Below are positions 1 through 8,616 of a stretch of DNA of 32,000 bases, in pieces. The translations under genes were made by a program, and so were the position numbers. The stretch is from Pseudomonas aeruginosa (GTDB lineage Bacteria > Pseudomonadota > Gammaproteobacteria > Pseudomonadales > Pseudomonadaceae): positions 1,350,001-1,382,000 of the forward strand of contig NZ_LN831024.1 of assembly GCF_001457615.1 (NCBI RefSeq), given 5' to 3'. Each line of letters begins with the position of its first letter. Within the stretch, counting starts at the first letter, position 1. Below the pieces are notes generated by a model. The model was given only the letters and a program-made list of their open reading frames with translations. It did no database searches and was not told the origin of the DNA.

Positions 1-184
1 CGCGTCCCAGGCCCTGGAGGACTCCAAGTCCGACATCGGCTGGGGCCACCAGATCCGCTCCTACGTGCTCGACCAGTCGCGGATCAAGGACCTGCGTACC
101 GGTATCGAGCGCAGCGACTGCGACAAGGTGCTCGACGGCGATCTAGACGAATACCTCGAAGCCAGCCTCAAACAGGGGCTGTAA
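1..184 (+). CDS. prfB: Peptide chain release factor 2, C-terminal fragment (5' end lies outside the window)
   Basis: The frame is open from the window edge to TAA at 182-184. The translation ...[50 protein letters not shown] is the conserved RF2 C-terminus. prfB directly upstream of lysS is the classical arrangement. Confidence 0.85.
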   Translation, partial: ASQALEDSKSDIGWGHQIRSYVLDQSRIKDLRTGIERSDCDKVLDGDLDEYLEASLKQGL

Positions 185-364
185 AGCTGCTGCGCCTGGC
201 CAGGCCGCGTTGGAAAATGGTTCGGACTGCTCGTTTTTTACGATCGTGAACTCCGTGTCCTCGCCATTTCCCGCCTTGCCTGGCCGGCGTTCGCTACGCT
301 TTTCGCCCCTGTTGCGCAATCCGTTTCCACAGGCAAGAGAGCCTAACCAGGAACCACCAAGACC

Positions 365-1870
365 ATGAGCGACCAACAACTCGACCAGCACGAACTGCAA
401 CAGGAAGAAAACAAGCTGATCGCCCAGCGCAAGGAAAAACTTGCCGCCGTGCGCGAAGCCCGGGCCATCGCCTTCCCCAACGACTTCCGCCGCGACGCCT
501 ACTTCGCGGACCTGCAGAAACAGTACGCCGACAAGACCAAGGAAGAGCTGGAAGCCGCAGCGATCCCGGTCAAGGTGGCCGGTCGGATCATGCTCAACCG
601 CGGTTCCTTCATCGTCCTCCAGGACAGCAGCGAGCGCCTGCAGGTCTACGTCAACCGCAAGACCCTGCCGGAAGAAACCCTGGCCGAGATCAAGACCTGG
701 GACCTGGGCGACATCATCGGCGCCGAAGGCGTGCTGGCCCGCTCGGGCAAGGGCGACCTGTACGTCGACATGACCAGCGTGCGCCTGCTGACCAAGTCGC
801 TGCGTCCGCTGCCGGACAAGCACCATGGCCTGACCGACACCGAGCAGCGCTACCGCCAGCGCTACGTCGACCTGATGGTCAACGAGGAAACCCGCCACAC
901 CTTCCGCGTGCGTTCCCAGGTCATCGCCCACATCCGCCGTTTCCTCAGCGAGCGCGGTTTCCTCGAAGTGGAGACCCCGATGCTGCAGACCATCCCCGGC
1001 GGCGCCGCGGCCAAGCCGTTCGAGACCCATCACAACGCGCTGGACATGGCCATGTTCCTGCGCATCGCCCCGGAGCTGTACCTCAAGCGCCTGGTGGTCG
1101 GCGGTTTCGAGAAGGTCTTCGAGATCAACCGCAACTTCCGTAACGAAGGCGTCTCGACCCGGCACAACCCCGAGTTCACCATGCTCGAGTTCTACCAGGC
1201 CTACGCCGACTACGAAGACAACATGGACCTGACCGAGGAACTGTTCCGCGAACTGGCCCAGGCGGTACTCGGTACCACCGACGTGCCCTACGGCGACAAG
1301 GTCTTCCACTTCGGCGAGCCGTTCGTGCGCCTGTCGGTGTTCGATTCGATCCTCAAGTACAACCCGGAGATCACCGCCGCCGACCTCAACGACGTCGAGA
1401 AGGCGCGGGCCATCGCCAAGAAGGCCGGCGCCAAGGTCCTCGGCCACGAAGGCCTGGGCAAGCTGCAGGTGATGATTTTCGAGGAACTGGTGGAGCACAA
1501 GCTGGAGCAGCCGCACTTCATCACCCGCTACCCCTTCGAGGTTTCGCCGCTGGCCCGCCGCAACGACGAAGACCCGAGCGTCACCGACCGCTTCGAGCTG
1601 TTCATCGGCGGCCGCGAGATCGCCAATGCCTATTCCGAGCTGAACGACGCCGAGGACCAGGCCGAGCGCTTCATGTTGCAGGTCAAGGAGAAGGACGCCG
1701 GCGACGACGAGGCGATGCACTACGACGCCGACTTCATCAATGCCCTGGAATACGGCATGCCGCCGACCGCCGGCGAAGGCATCGGCATCGACCGCCTGGT
1801 GATGCTGCTGACCAACTCGCCGTCGATCCGCGACGTGATCCTGTTCCCGCACATGCGCCCGCAGGCCTGA
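365..1870 (+). CDS. lysS: Lysyl-tRNA synthetase, class II
   Basis: 501-aa ORF. Class II aaRS motifs are visible ([50 protein letters not shown]), with an N-terminal OB-fold anticodon-binding region. A strong terminator follows. Confidence 0.97.
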   Translation: MSDQQLDQHELQQEENKLIAQRKEKLAAVREARAIAFPNDFRRDAYFADLQKQYADKTKEELEAAAIPVKVAGRIMLNRGSFIVLQDSSERLQVYVNRKTLPEETLAEIKTWDLGDIIGAEGVLARSGKGDLYVDMTSVRLLTKSLRPLPDKHHGLTDTEQRYRQRYVDLMVNEETRHTFRVRSQVIAHIRRFLSERGFLEVETPMLQTIPGGAAAKPFETHHNALDMAMFLRIAPELYLKRLVVGGFEKVFEINRNFRNEGVSTRHNPEFTMLEFYQAYADYEDNMDLTEELFRELAQAVLGTTDVPYGDKVFHFGEPFVRLSVFDSILKYNPEITAADLNDVEKARAIAKKAGAKVLGHEGLGKLQVMIFEELVEHKLEQPHFITRYPFEVSPLARRNDEDPSVTDRFELFIGGREIANAYSELNDAEDQAERFMLQVKEKDAGDDEAMHYDADFINALEYGMPPTAGEGIGIDRLVMLLTNSPSIRDVILFPHMRPQA

Positions 1871-1890
1871 GCGCCGCAACAGTCCATGGA

Positions 1891-1914
1891 AAAGCCGCCT
1901 TCGGGCGGTTTTTT
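1891..1914 (+). terminator. Rho-independent terminator of lysS
   Basis: AAAGCCGCC-TTCG-GGCGGTTTTTT: a 9-bp stem with one G:U pair, a tetraloop and a T-run, 21 nt after the lysS stop. Confidence 0.85.
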
Positions 1915-1950
1915 CATGGCCGCGCGGTGTCCCGGCCGCCGGGCCAGGGG

Positions 1951-2023
1951 CCGATAGCCGCCGATCCGCCGGCTGACCACGGAAGGTGCGGGTGGGATCG
2001 GAGCTTCCCCGATAGCGGCCGAT
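1951..2023. repeat. Two copies of a 15-bp direct repeat CCGATAGC(C/G)GCCGAT upstream of the TetR gene
   Basis: Copies at 1951-1965 and 2009-2023 match at 14/15 positions. Each contains two CCGAT pentamers 10 bp apart, and an inverted ATCGG lies between the copies at about 1996-2000. Confidence 0.6.
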
Positions 2024-2081
2024 TGATTCCACGCGAAAAAGTCCGAACAATGCCCCATCGTCCGCGAGCGGAGGAAACACC

Positions 2082-2795
2082 GTGTCCCGAGTAGCTCCCA
2101 GAGACAGCGCCGCGCAGGCCGCCAGCGCGGTAGCCGAAAGCGTTCGTTACCAGGGCCGCAAGGCCAGCCGCCAGGGCAGCGAGCAGCGGCGCCAGGCGAT
2201 TCTCGATGCCGCCATGCGCCTGATCGTCCGCGACGGCGTACGGGCCGTGCGCCACCGCGCGGTGGCCGCCGAGGCCCAGGTGCCGTTGTCGGCCACCACC
2301 TACTACTTCAAGGACATCGACGATCTCATCACCGACACCTTCGCCCTCTTCGTCGAGCGCAACGCAGAGGCGCTGTCGGCGTTCTGGAGCAGCGTGGAGG
2401 GCGACCTCCAGGAGATGGCCGCGGTGCTGGCCGACGACCCCGGCGCCCGTGGCTCGCTGGTGGAACGGATCGTCGAGCTTGCCGTGCAGTATGTCCAGGT
2501 CCAGCTCACCGAGCGCCGCGAGCACCTGCTGGCCGAGCAGGCCTTCCGCCAGGAGGCGTTGCTCAACCCGCGCCTGCGCGAACTGGCCGATGCCCACCAG
2601 CGGATTCTCTCCCTCGGCGCCGTGCATTTCTTCCAGGTGCTCGGTTCCGGGCAGCCCGAGCAGGACGCCAAGGTGTTGACGTCGATTATTCTGCAGATGG
2701 AATATCAGGGCCTCGTGGACGGGGTCGAGCATCTGGCCGTGGACGAAATGCGCGCCATACTCAGACGGTACCTGAATCTGGTCATGGGCCTGTGA
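2082..2795 (+). CDS. TetR/AcrR-family transcriptional regulator
   Basis: 237-aa ORF with a GTG start 6 nt after GGAGGA (2070-2075). An N-terminal TetR helix-turn-helix is present (RQAILDAAMRLIVRDGVRAVRHRAVAAEAQVPLSATTYYFKDIDDLI), followed by a helical C-terminal ligand domain. The position corresponds to PA3699 as I recall it. Confidence 0.85.
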   Translation: MSRVAPRDSAAQAASAVAESVRYQGRKASRQGSEQRRQAILDAAMRLIVRDGVRAVRHRAVAAEAQVPLSATTYYFKDIDDLITDTFALFVERNAEALSAFWSSVEGDLQEMAAVLADDPGARGSLVERIVELAVQYVQVQLTERREHLLAEQAFRQEALLNPRLRELADAHQRILSLGAVHFFQVLGSGQPEQDAKVLTSIILQMEYQGLVDGVEHLAVDEMRAILRRYLNLVMGL

Positions 2796-2805
2796 CCTGA
2801 GCGTC

Positions 2806-2828
2806 AACCCCGCCATGGCGGGGTTTTT
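2806..2828 (+). terminator. Rho-independent terminator after the TetR gene
   Basis: AACCCCGC-CATG-GCGGGGTTTTT: a perfect GC-rich palindromic stem followed by T5, 11 nt after the stop codon. Confidence 0.8.
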
Positions 2829-2891
2829 CATACCCGAACCTTCCCTCGGCCAGCCGGTCGCAGGTTGCGGAGGGTTCCTAAGGAGCGTGTG

Positions 2892-3443
2892 ATGAAAGCC
2901 TGGCGTTGCCTGGTGGTCCTGAGTTTCCTGCTGTTGGGCGGTTGCCTGGTCACCTTCAAGGAGCCGATACCGCCGCGCGAGGCGGCGCCGAGCCATCTGC
3001 TCGGGACCTGGAGCCGCGAGAACGAGTGGAAGGAAGAACAATTCCTGGAGATCACCCGTTCCGGCAGCAATGTCTACCGTGCGCTCAGCTACGTGGACAG
3101 CAAGGACAATACCGAGAGCCTGGAAGACTACGGCTTCACCGTCTCCCACCAGGGCAAGCGCTGGTACCTGTCGGCCGGCCTGCCGAAGAGCCTGGGCGGC
3201 AACTTCATCATCGCCGGCTTCGAGATCACCGACGGTGACGAGCTGGTGATCTACAACCTCGACGTCGAGCGCATCGTCGAGGACCTCGGCGCCGGCCAGC
3301 TCGACGGCGAGACCGTCGACAGCGATCAGGGCAAGGGCGCGCTGGTGCGCAGCCCGTTGGCGAAGGTCTTCGCCTACCTGAACGATCCCGCCAATTCCGA
3401 CGTGTTCGTCGAGGCCGCCCGCTTCCAGCGGGTCACCCAATGA
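2892..3443 (+). CDS. Hypothetical lipoprotein, first gene of the operon
   Basis: ATG at 2892 follows AAGGAG (2880-2885). The signal peptide [18 protein letters not shown] has an L-G-G-C lipobox. I recognise no domain in the mature part. The stop overlaps the next start (ATGA at 3440-3443). Confidence 0.75.
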   Translation: MKAWRCLVVLSFLLLGGCLVTFKEPIPPREAAPSHLLGTWSRENEWKEEQFLEITRSGSNVYRALSYVDSKDNTESLEDYGFTVSHQGKRWYLSAGLPKSLGGNFIIAGFEITDGDELVIYNLDVERIVEDLGAGQLDGETVDSDQGKGALVRSPLAKVFAYLNDPANSDVFVEAARFQRVTQ

Positions 3444-4747
3444 GATTGCCGATGAGCCAGCGCAAGGCGCAGAACGACTACCAGAAGATCATCCGCTCCC
3501 TGTCCGATCGCATCGTCGAGGCGCAGACGCCGATCCGCGTGCTGGATGCGATCAAATGGGACGACGGGATCCGCCAGGACTTCCTCAAGGGCCGCGGCAA
3601 GCATGCGCCGAAGGTCGATCGCGGCTACTACGACAGCCGCCCGCTGGCCTTCGACGCCAGCGCCAAGAAGCAGGAATTCCAGAACATCGAGCGCGACATC
3701 ACCCGCCAGTTGGGCCAGTTCAACCCGGTCGGGCAGATCATGCGGCGGATGTGCAAGGAATACCGGATGGTCATTCGCATGCTCGAGGCGCGCGGCACCC
3801 CGGACCTCGGGCTGATCTCCCAGGAACTCTACGGCTCGGCCTCGGACGCCTTCCATGCCGGCGATCCGACCCTGGCCGACCTCGGCCTGATGCTCTCCGA
3901 CTACCTGAACAACATCGCCGACCGCGGCGATCTCAAGGACGAACCCAAGACCCTGACCGCCAAGGAGGTCGTACCGATCCTCCAGGCGCGGCTGAACACC
4001 GTGTTCGGCGAGGAGGAGGGCACCATCCGCGTGTTCGAGTCCGACGGCATCGTCGCCGACGCGGCGGCCGGCGCCGACTACATCAAGGTACGCGCCGACG
4101 CCCTGTTCAACGAGCGCGACGTGCGCGCGCTGGAGGTCCACGAGGGCCTGGTGCACGTCGGCACCACCCTGAACGGCCTGAGCCAGCCGATCTGCACCTT
4201 CCTCGCCAAGGGACCGCCGTCCTCCACCGTGACCCAGGAAGGCCTGGCGATCCTGATGGAGGTGATCGCCTTCGCCTCCTACCCGACCCGCCTGCGCAAG
4301 CTGACCAATCGCACCCGGGCGATCCACATGGCCGAGGAGGGCGCCGATTTCCTCGACGTGTTCCACTTCTACCGCGAGCAGGGCTACAGCCTGGAGGACA
4401 GCTACCAGAACGCCAGCCGGGTCTTCCGCGGCTCGACCCCGGATGGCCTGCCGTTCACCAAGGACCTGTCCTACCTGAAGGGCTTCATCCTCATCTACAA
4501 CTACATCCAGCTCGCCGTGCGCAAGGGCAAGCTCGAACAGATCCCCCTGCTGTTCTGCGGCAAGACCACCCTGGAAGACATGCGCACCCTGCGCCAACTG
4601 GTGGACGAGGGCCTGGTGGCGCCGCCGAAGTACCTGCCGCCGCAGTTCCGCGACCTCAACGCGCTGTCGGCCTGGATGTGCTTCTCGAACTTCCTCAACC
4701 ACCTCAGCCTGGACCGCATCGAAGCGGACTACGCGAACATCCTCTGA
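3440..4747 (+). CDS. DUF1704 / QEGLA-motif protein, MATCAP-like putative zinc carboxypeptidase
   Basis: 435-aa ORF. The QEGLA motif ([11 protein letters not shown], nt 4235-4249) names this family. An HExxxH motif HEGLVH lies at nt 4139-4156. An alternative start is ATG 3452. Confidence 0.8.
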   Translation: MRLPMSQRKAQNDYQKIIRSLSDRIVEAQTPIRVLDAIKWDDGIRQDFLKGRGKHAPKVDRGYYDSRPLAFDASAKKQEFQNIERDITRQLGQFNPVGQIMRRMCKEYRMVIRMLEARGTPDLGLISQELYGSASDAFHAGDPTLADLGLMLSDYLNNIADRGDLKDEPKTLTAKEVVPILQARLNTVFGEEEGTIRVFESDGIVADAAAGADYIKVRADALFNERDVRALEVHEGLVHVGTTLNGLSQPICTFLAKGPPSSTVTQEGLAILMEVIAFASYPTRLRKLTNRTRAIHMAEEGADFLDVFHFYREQGYSLEDSYQNASRVFRGSTPDGLPFTKDLSYLKGFILIYNYIQLAVRKGKLEQIPLLFCGKTTLEDMRTLRQLVDEGLVAPPKYLPPQFRDLNALSAWMCFSNFLNHLSLDRIEADYANIL

Positions 4748-4815
4748 CCGTTCCCCGCCGTGCCGGTCTTTCCCGGTGCGCGCGGGCGGTCGGCCGGCAA
4801 GCAAGGAGAACGGCG

Positions 4816-5562
4816 ATGGCCAGCCACGAACTCGACTACCGCATCCTCGGCGAATCCATGCAGACCGTGGAGATCGAACTCGACCCCGGGGAAACCGTGA
4901 TCGCCGAGGCCGGGGCGATGAACTACATGACCGGCGACATCCGCTTCACCGCGCGGATGGGCGACGGCTCCGACGGCAGCCTGCTGGGCAAGCTGTGGAG
5001 CGCCGGCAAGCGCAAGCTCGGTGGCGAGTCGGTGTTCATGACCCACTTCACCAACGAAGGCCAGGGCAAGCAGCACGTGGCCTTTGCCGCGCCCTATCCG
5101 GGCAGCGTGGTGGCGGTGGACCTGGACGATGTCGGCGGGCGCCTGTTCTGCCAGAAGGACTCGTTCCTCTGCGCAGCCTATGGCACCCGGGTCGGCATCG
5201 CCTTCACCAAGCGCCTGGGCGCCGGTTTCTTCGGCGGCGAGGGCTTCATCCTGCAGAAGCTCGAGGGCGATGGCCTGGTCTTCGTCCACGCCGGCGGCAC
5301 GCTGATCCGCCGCCAGTTGAATGGCGAGACGCTGCGGGTCGACACCGGTTGCCTGGTGGCCTTCACCGACGGCATCGACTACGACGTGCAACTGGCCGGC
5401 GGCCTGAAGAGCATGCTGTTCGGCGGCGAAGGATTGCTGCTGACCACCCTCAAGGGCAGCGGCACCGTCTGGCTGCAGAGCCTGCCGTTCTCGCGCCTGG
5501 CCGGGCGCATCTACGACGCCACCTTTCGCGCCCGCGAAGAGGTAAGGACCAACAACGGATGA
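4816..5562 (+). CDS. AIM24 / TIGR00266 (DUF124) family protein
   Basis: ATG at 4816 follows AAGGAGA. The 248-aa product [38 protein letters not shown]...[26 protein letters not shown] is typical of the family. The long upstream in-frame extension in the ORF track (from 3556) is Arg/Pro/Gly-rich off-frame noise. Confidence 0.85.
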   Translation: MASHELDYRILGESMQTVEIELDPGETVIAEAGAMNYMTGDIRFTARMGDGSDGSLLGKLWSAGKRKLGGESVFMTHFTNEGQGKQHVAFAAPYPGSVVAVDLDDVGGRLFCQKDSFLCAAYGTRVGIAFTKRLGAGFFGGEGFILQKLEGDGLVFVHAGGTLIRRQLNGETLRVDTGCLVAFTDGIDYDVQLAGGLKSMLFGGEGLLLTTLKGSGTVWLQSLPFSRLAGRIYDATFRAREEVRTNNG

Positions 5563-6464
5563 AGCGCCTGCTGATCCCGCTGCTGGTACTCGGCGCGCTG
5601 TTCCTCGGTGGCTGCAGTTCGCTGCTGTTCTATCCCGAGCCGGTGGTGCAGATCACTCCGGCGCGCGCCGGGCTGGAGTACCGCGACGTCACCCTGACCA
5701 CCGCCGACGGCGTGCGCCTGCGCGCCTGGTGGCTGCCGGCGAAGAAAGGCGTGCCGGTGAAAGGCACCGTGCTCTACCTGCACGGCAACGGCGGCAACCT
5801 GTCCTGGCACCTCGGCGGCACGTGGTGGCTGCCCGCCGAGGGCTACCAGGTGCTGATGCTCGACTATCGCGGCTACGGCCAGTCGGAGGGCCAGCCGGGA
5901 CTGCCGGAGGTCTACCGCGACATCGACGCGGCGTTCGCCTGGCTCGACCAGGCGCCGGAGGTGAAGGGCACCGAGCGCGTGCTGCTGGGGCAGAGTCTCG
6001 GCGGCGCGCTGGCGATCCACTACCTGGCCGAGCATCCGCAGCGCCAGGGCCAGTTCAAGGCGCTGGTGTTCGACGGGGTACCGGCGAGCTACCGCGGCAT
6101 CGCCCGGCACATGCTGGACGGTTCCTGGCTGACCTGGCCGCTGCAGGTGCCGCTGTCCTGGCTGGTGCCCGACGACGACAGCGCCATCCATTCGGTGGCG
6201 CGGCTTTCTGGCGCACCCATGCTGTTCTTTCACAGCATCGACGATACCATTGTGCCCCTCGAGAACGGCATCGCCCTGTACCGCCAGGCGCGGCCGCCGA
6301 AGGTCCTGCAACTGACCCGAGGCGGCCACGTGCAGACCTTCGCCGAAGCGACCTGGCAGGAAGTGATGCTGCGCTTCCTCGACGATCCCCATGGCTTCAC
6401 CGGCCTGCGCCGGCTGGCCGAAATCCCGAACCGCGAATCCGCGAAACCCGAAGGCAATCCATGA
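5559..6464 (+). CDS. Alpha/beta hydrolase (BEM46/ABHD13-like serine hydrolase) with a lipoprotein signal
   Basis: The ATG overlaps the upstream stop (ATGA 5559-5562). The signal [21 protein letters not shown] has a lipobox. HGNGGN oxyanion-type and GQSLGG (GxSxG nucleophile elbow) motifs are present, and a late D...H pair ([14 protein letters not shown]) is consistent with a catalytic triad. Confidence 0.85.
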   Translation: MKRLLIPLLVLGALFLGGCSSLLFYPEPVVQITPARAGLEYRDVTLTTADGVRLRAWWLPAKKGVPVKGTVLYLHGNGGNLSWHLGGTWWLPAEGYQVLMLDYRGYGQSEGQPGLPEVYRDIDAAFAWLDQAPEVKGTERVLLGQSLGGALAIHYLAEHPQRQGQFKALVFDGVPASYRGIARHMLDGSWLTWPLQVPLSWLVPDDDSAIHSVARLSGAPMLFFHSIDDTIVPLENGIALYRQARPPKVLQLTRGGHVQTFAEATWQEVMLRFLDDPHGFTGLRRLAEIPNRESAKPEGNP

Positions 6465-6784
6465 GCGACCGTAACGTACTCCCCTGCATCCTGACCGGCA
6501 TCGGTACCATCTTCGTCACCGTCGGCGTGCTCTGGTACTACGGCTACCTGCATTTCGCCAAGCCGCAGGACGCCCTGTTGCTGGCCGACTTCACCATGCT
6601 GAAGAGCCTGCCCGGCGAAGATGTGAAGCTGTCCCTGGAGCCGGCCAAGCAGGTCGCGCAGTGCATCGATGGCGTCCTGGTGCTGTTCGACACCGAGCAG
6701 AAGGGCCTTTCCGGCGTGCTGGTGGACAACAGGAAGCACGCCGTGCGCTGCGCCGGACAGGAAGTCCCGCAGGAAGTGAAATGA
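6461..6784 (+). CDS. Small membrane-anchored hypothetical protein (107 aa)
   Basis: There are ATGA overlaps at both ends (6461-6464 and 6781-6784). It has one N-terminal hydrophobic helix ([24 protein letters not shown]), good codon bias, and no domain I recognise. Confidence 0.65.
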   Translation: MSDRNVLPCILTGIGTIFVTVGVLWYYGYLHFAKPQDALLLADFTMLKSLPGEDVKLSLEPAKQVAQCIDGVLVLFDTEQKGLSGVLVDNRKHAVRCAGQEVPQEVK

Positions 6785-7302
6785 CCGAGGTCCGCGTCTG
6801 GCAGGGAGACATCACCCGTCTTGCGGTGGATGCCATCGTCAACGCGGCGAACTCCTCGCTGCTCGGTGGGGGCGGTGTCGACGGCGCCATCCACCGCGCC
6901 GCCGGTGCCGAACTGGTGGCGGCCTGCCGCCTGCTGCACGGTTGCAAGACCGGCGAGGCGAAGATCACCCGTGGGTTCCGTCTGTCGGCGGCCCACGTGA
7001 TCCACACCGTCGGCCCGGTCTGGCGCGGCGGCGACAACGGCGAAGCGGAGCTGCTGGCCAGCTGCTACCGGCGCAGCCTGGCGCTGGCCGAGCAGGCCGG
7101 GGCGGCCAGCGTCGCGTTCCCCGCCATCAGCTGCGGCATCTACGGCTATCCCTTGGAGCAGGCCGCGGCCATTGCCGTCGAAGAGGTCTGCCGGCAACGC
7201 CCGGCGCACAGCAGCCTGGAGGAAATCGTCCTGGTTGCCTTCGATAGCTCGATGGCCGAGCGCTACCAGCGCTTGCTCGGCGAGCGGCCTGTGGCCCGCT
7301 GA
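6781..7302 (+). CDS. ymdB: Macro-domain protein, YmdB-type O-acetyl-ADP-ribose deacetylase / ADP-ribose hydrolase
   Basis: The 173-aa product [42 protein letters not shown]...[12 protein letters not shown]...[15 protein letters not shown] closely parallels E. coli YmdB, including the NAAN and [12 protein letters not shown]-ribose-binding motifs. Confidence 0.9.
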   Translation: MTEVRVWQGDITRLAVDAIVNAANSSLLGGGGVDGAIHRAAGAELVAACRLLHGCKTGEAKITRGFRLSAAHVIHTVGPVWRGGDNGEAELLASCYRRSLALAEQAGAASVAFPAISCGIYGYPLEQAAAIAVEEVCRQRPAHSSLEEIVLVAFDSSMAERYQRLLGERPVAR

Positions 7303-7330
7303 TACCTGGAAAGCTCAAGCCCCGCCCATG

Positions 7331-7359
7331 AAAAAGCCCCGCCGGATGGCGGGGCTTTT
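7331..7359. terminator. Bidirectional rho-independent terminator between the convergent ymdB-like gene and lptF
   Basis: AAAAAGCCCCGCC-GGAT-GGCGGGGCTTTT: a 9-bp perfect stem flanked by A5 and T4, so it can terminate on either strand. Confidence 0.85.
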
Positions 7360-7377
7360 GGGCTTCCGTAGGGCTTA

Positions 7378-8163
7378 TCAGCCGCTGACGGAGGAGCGTG
7401 GCGCGACCGGCTTGGCGTCGTTGGAAATGGTGACTTCCACCCGACGGTTCATGGCACGGCCGGAGCTGGTGCCGTTGCTGGCCACCGGATATTCCTTGCC
7501 GTAGCCACGGGTGGCTACGCGTTCCGGGCTGATGCCGCGGCTGAGCAGGGCCATGCGCACCGAGTCGGCACGACGCTCGGACAGGCGCTGGTTGTAGTTG
7601 GCGGAACCGGTGCTATCGGTGTAGCCCTCTACGATCACCTGGCGCTCCGGGTTCTGCTGGAGGAACTCGGCCAGTTGCTGGATGTTGCGCATGGCGCCGG
7701 GCTTCAGGTCGGACTTGTCGAGATCGAACAGAACGTCGCCGAAGGTCACCATGGTGCCGCGCGAGGTCTGCTTGGCATTCAGTTGGCTACGCAGCTTGTC
7801 CAGTTGCGCGGTGCGCGCGTCGAGGCGGGCCTGGGCGCGCTGGGCGGAGGCGTTCTGCAACTGCGCCTCGGCATTGCGCAGGACGATGGTCTGCTTGGCC
7901 AGTTCGATGCGCTGGTTGGTCAGGTAGGCCAGTTGGTCCACGTCGCGCTGGTCTTCGCCATCCTGGTAGGCCTTGTCGGCCTTGGCCAGCCAGTCGCCGG
8001 CGTCCTTGGTTTCCAGGGCCGCGACCTTGGTCGCGTCGGGCTGCGACTGCAGCGCGGAGAAGTTGCTGCGGGCCTGTTCCAGGTTGGCGTTCGGCGGCGT
8101 GGAGCAGGCGGCCAGCGCCAGGGCCAGCAGGGATACGGCGGGGAGGGCAATGTACTTACGCAT
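7378..8163 (-). CDS. lptF: OmpA-family outer-membrane lipoprotein (lipotoxin F)
   Basis: The signal MRKYIALPAVSLLALALAACS has a lipobox. A coiled-coil-like Q/A-rich middle region is followed by a C-terminal OmpA_C peptidoglycan-binding domain (VIVEGYTDSTGSANYNQRLSERRADSVRMAL...NRRVEV). I chose ATG 8163 because AAGGA lies 8 nt upstream. The ORF track begins 3 codons earlier, at 8172. Confidence 0.9.
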   Translation of the reverse strand: MRKYIALPAVSLLALALAACSTPPNANLEQARSNFSALQSQPDATKVAALETKDAGDWLAKADKAYQDGEDQRDVDQLAYLTNQRIELAKQTIVLRNAEAQLQNASAQRAQARLDARTAQLDKLRSQLNAKQTSRGTMVTFGDVLFDLDKSDLKPGAMRNIQQLAEFLQQNPERQVIVEGYTDSTGSANYNQRLSERRADSVRMALLSRGISPERVATRGYGKEYPVASNGTSSGRAMNRRVEVTISNDAKPVAPRSSVSG

Positions 8164-8211
8164 AGGGGTCATCCTTAATCACGAATCGACGAAAGAAGGG
8201 CGGAATCCGGC

Positions 8212-8616
8212 TTAGTGCTGCGTATCGCGCATGCCTTCCTCACGCAGTTCCATGACGCCCTGCTGGGCATCCTTCACGGCTTTCTGCGCCTTGGCGGCCT
8301 GGGTCTTGCGCTCGGCGACCCGGGCGTCCCACTCGGCCTGCTGCGCCAGGCGCTTGGCCTGGTCGTATTCCTTGTCGTTCATGGCGATGCGCGCCTGGCT
8401 CAGCTTGTCCTGAGCGGACTTCATCTCGACCGGGGCATATTCCGGGCCGCCGGCGCTCACCGCGTTATTCACCGCGGATTCGGTCACGGCGAACTGCTCG
8501 GTCGGCGGGTTGCCGGCGCAGCCGGCCAGGACCAGGCTGCTGCCTACGGCCAGCAGGGCCAGCTTGAGGCCACGCAGGGAACCGGTGTGTTGCTTGCTCA
8601 TCGCTTTTTGCTCCAT
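8212..8616 (-). CDS. DUF4398-type lipoprotein, upstream partner of lptF
   Basis: The signal ...LKLALLAVGSSLVLAGC has a lipobox. The helical mature part (EMKSAQDKLSQARIAMNDKEYDQAKRLAQQAEWDARVAERK) is typical of DUF4398. AGAGGA lies 8 nt before ATG 8616, and ATG 8601 is an alternative start. The gap to lptF is 39 nt on the same strand, so an operon is likely. Confidence 0.8.
   Translation of the reverse strand: MEQKAMSKQHTGSLRGLKLALLAVGSSLVLAGCAGNPPTEQFAVTESAVNNAVSAGGPEYAPVEMKSAQDKLSQARIAMNDKEYDQAKRLAQQAEWDARVAERKTQAAKAQKAVKDAQQGVMELREEGMRDTQH

Noticed and set aside
195-206. The perfect palindrome GCCTGGCCAGGC just after the prfB stop, and a T6 run at 227-232, considered as a prfB terminator or lysS leader structure.
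   Set aside because: The palindrome has no loop and is separated from the T-run by about 20 nt with no stable stem adjoining the T-run. prfB-lysS are classically co-transcribed. I could not build a convincing terminator or a riboswitch-like fold by eye.
143-2080. A 645-aa ORF antisense to lysS. Similar long antisense or off-frame ORFs occur at 1914-3440(-), 3374-4804(-), 9161-11083(+), 12501-13814(-), 15770-16828(-), 16479-17804(-), 22959-24989(-), 25209-26342(-) and 27802-29949(+).
   Set aside because: Each fully overlaps a gene with unmistakable family motifs on the other strand or in another frame. Their translations are monotonous Arg/Ala/Gly/Pro/Leu/Val-rich strings with no motifs. Long stop-free antisense frames are expected in DNA this GC-rich because stop codons are AT-rich.
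3556-4815. A 1.26-kb in-frame upstream extension of the AIM24-family gene (668-aa ORF 3556-5562). Analogous extensions precede the hydrolase gene (from 4776), the small membrane protein gene (from 5729), the macrodomain gene (from 6661), adk (from 15022), the extensin-like gene (from 18673) and rsmJ (from 19130).
   Set aside because: The extensions overlap the preceding well-supported genes in another frame and translate to Pro/Arg/Gly-rich nonsense. The internal ATG/GTG starts have Shine-Dalgarno sequences or ATGA coupling and give products with normal family N-termini.
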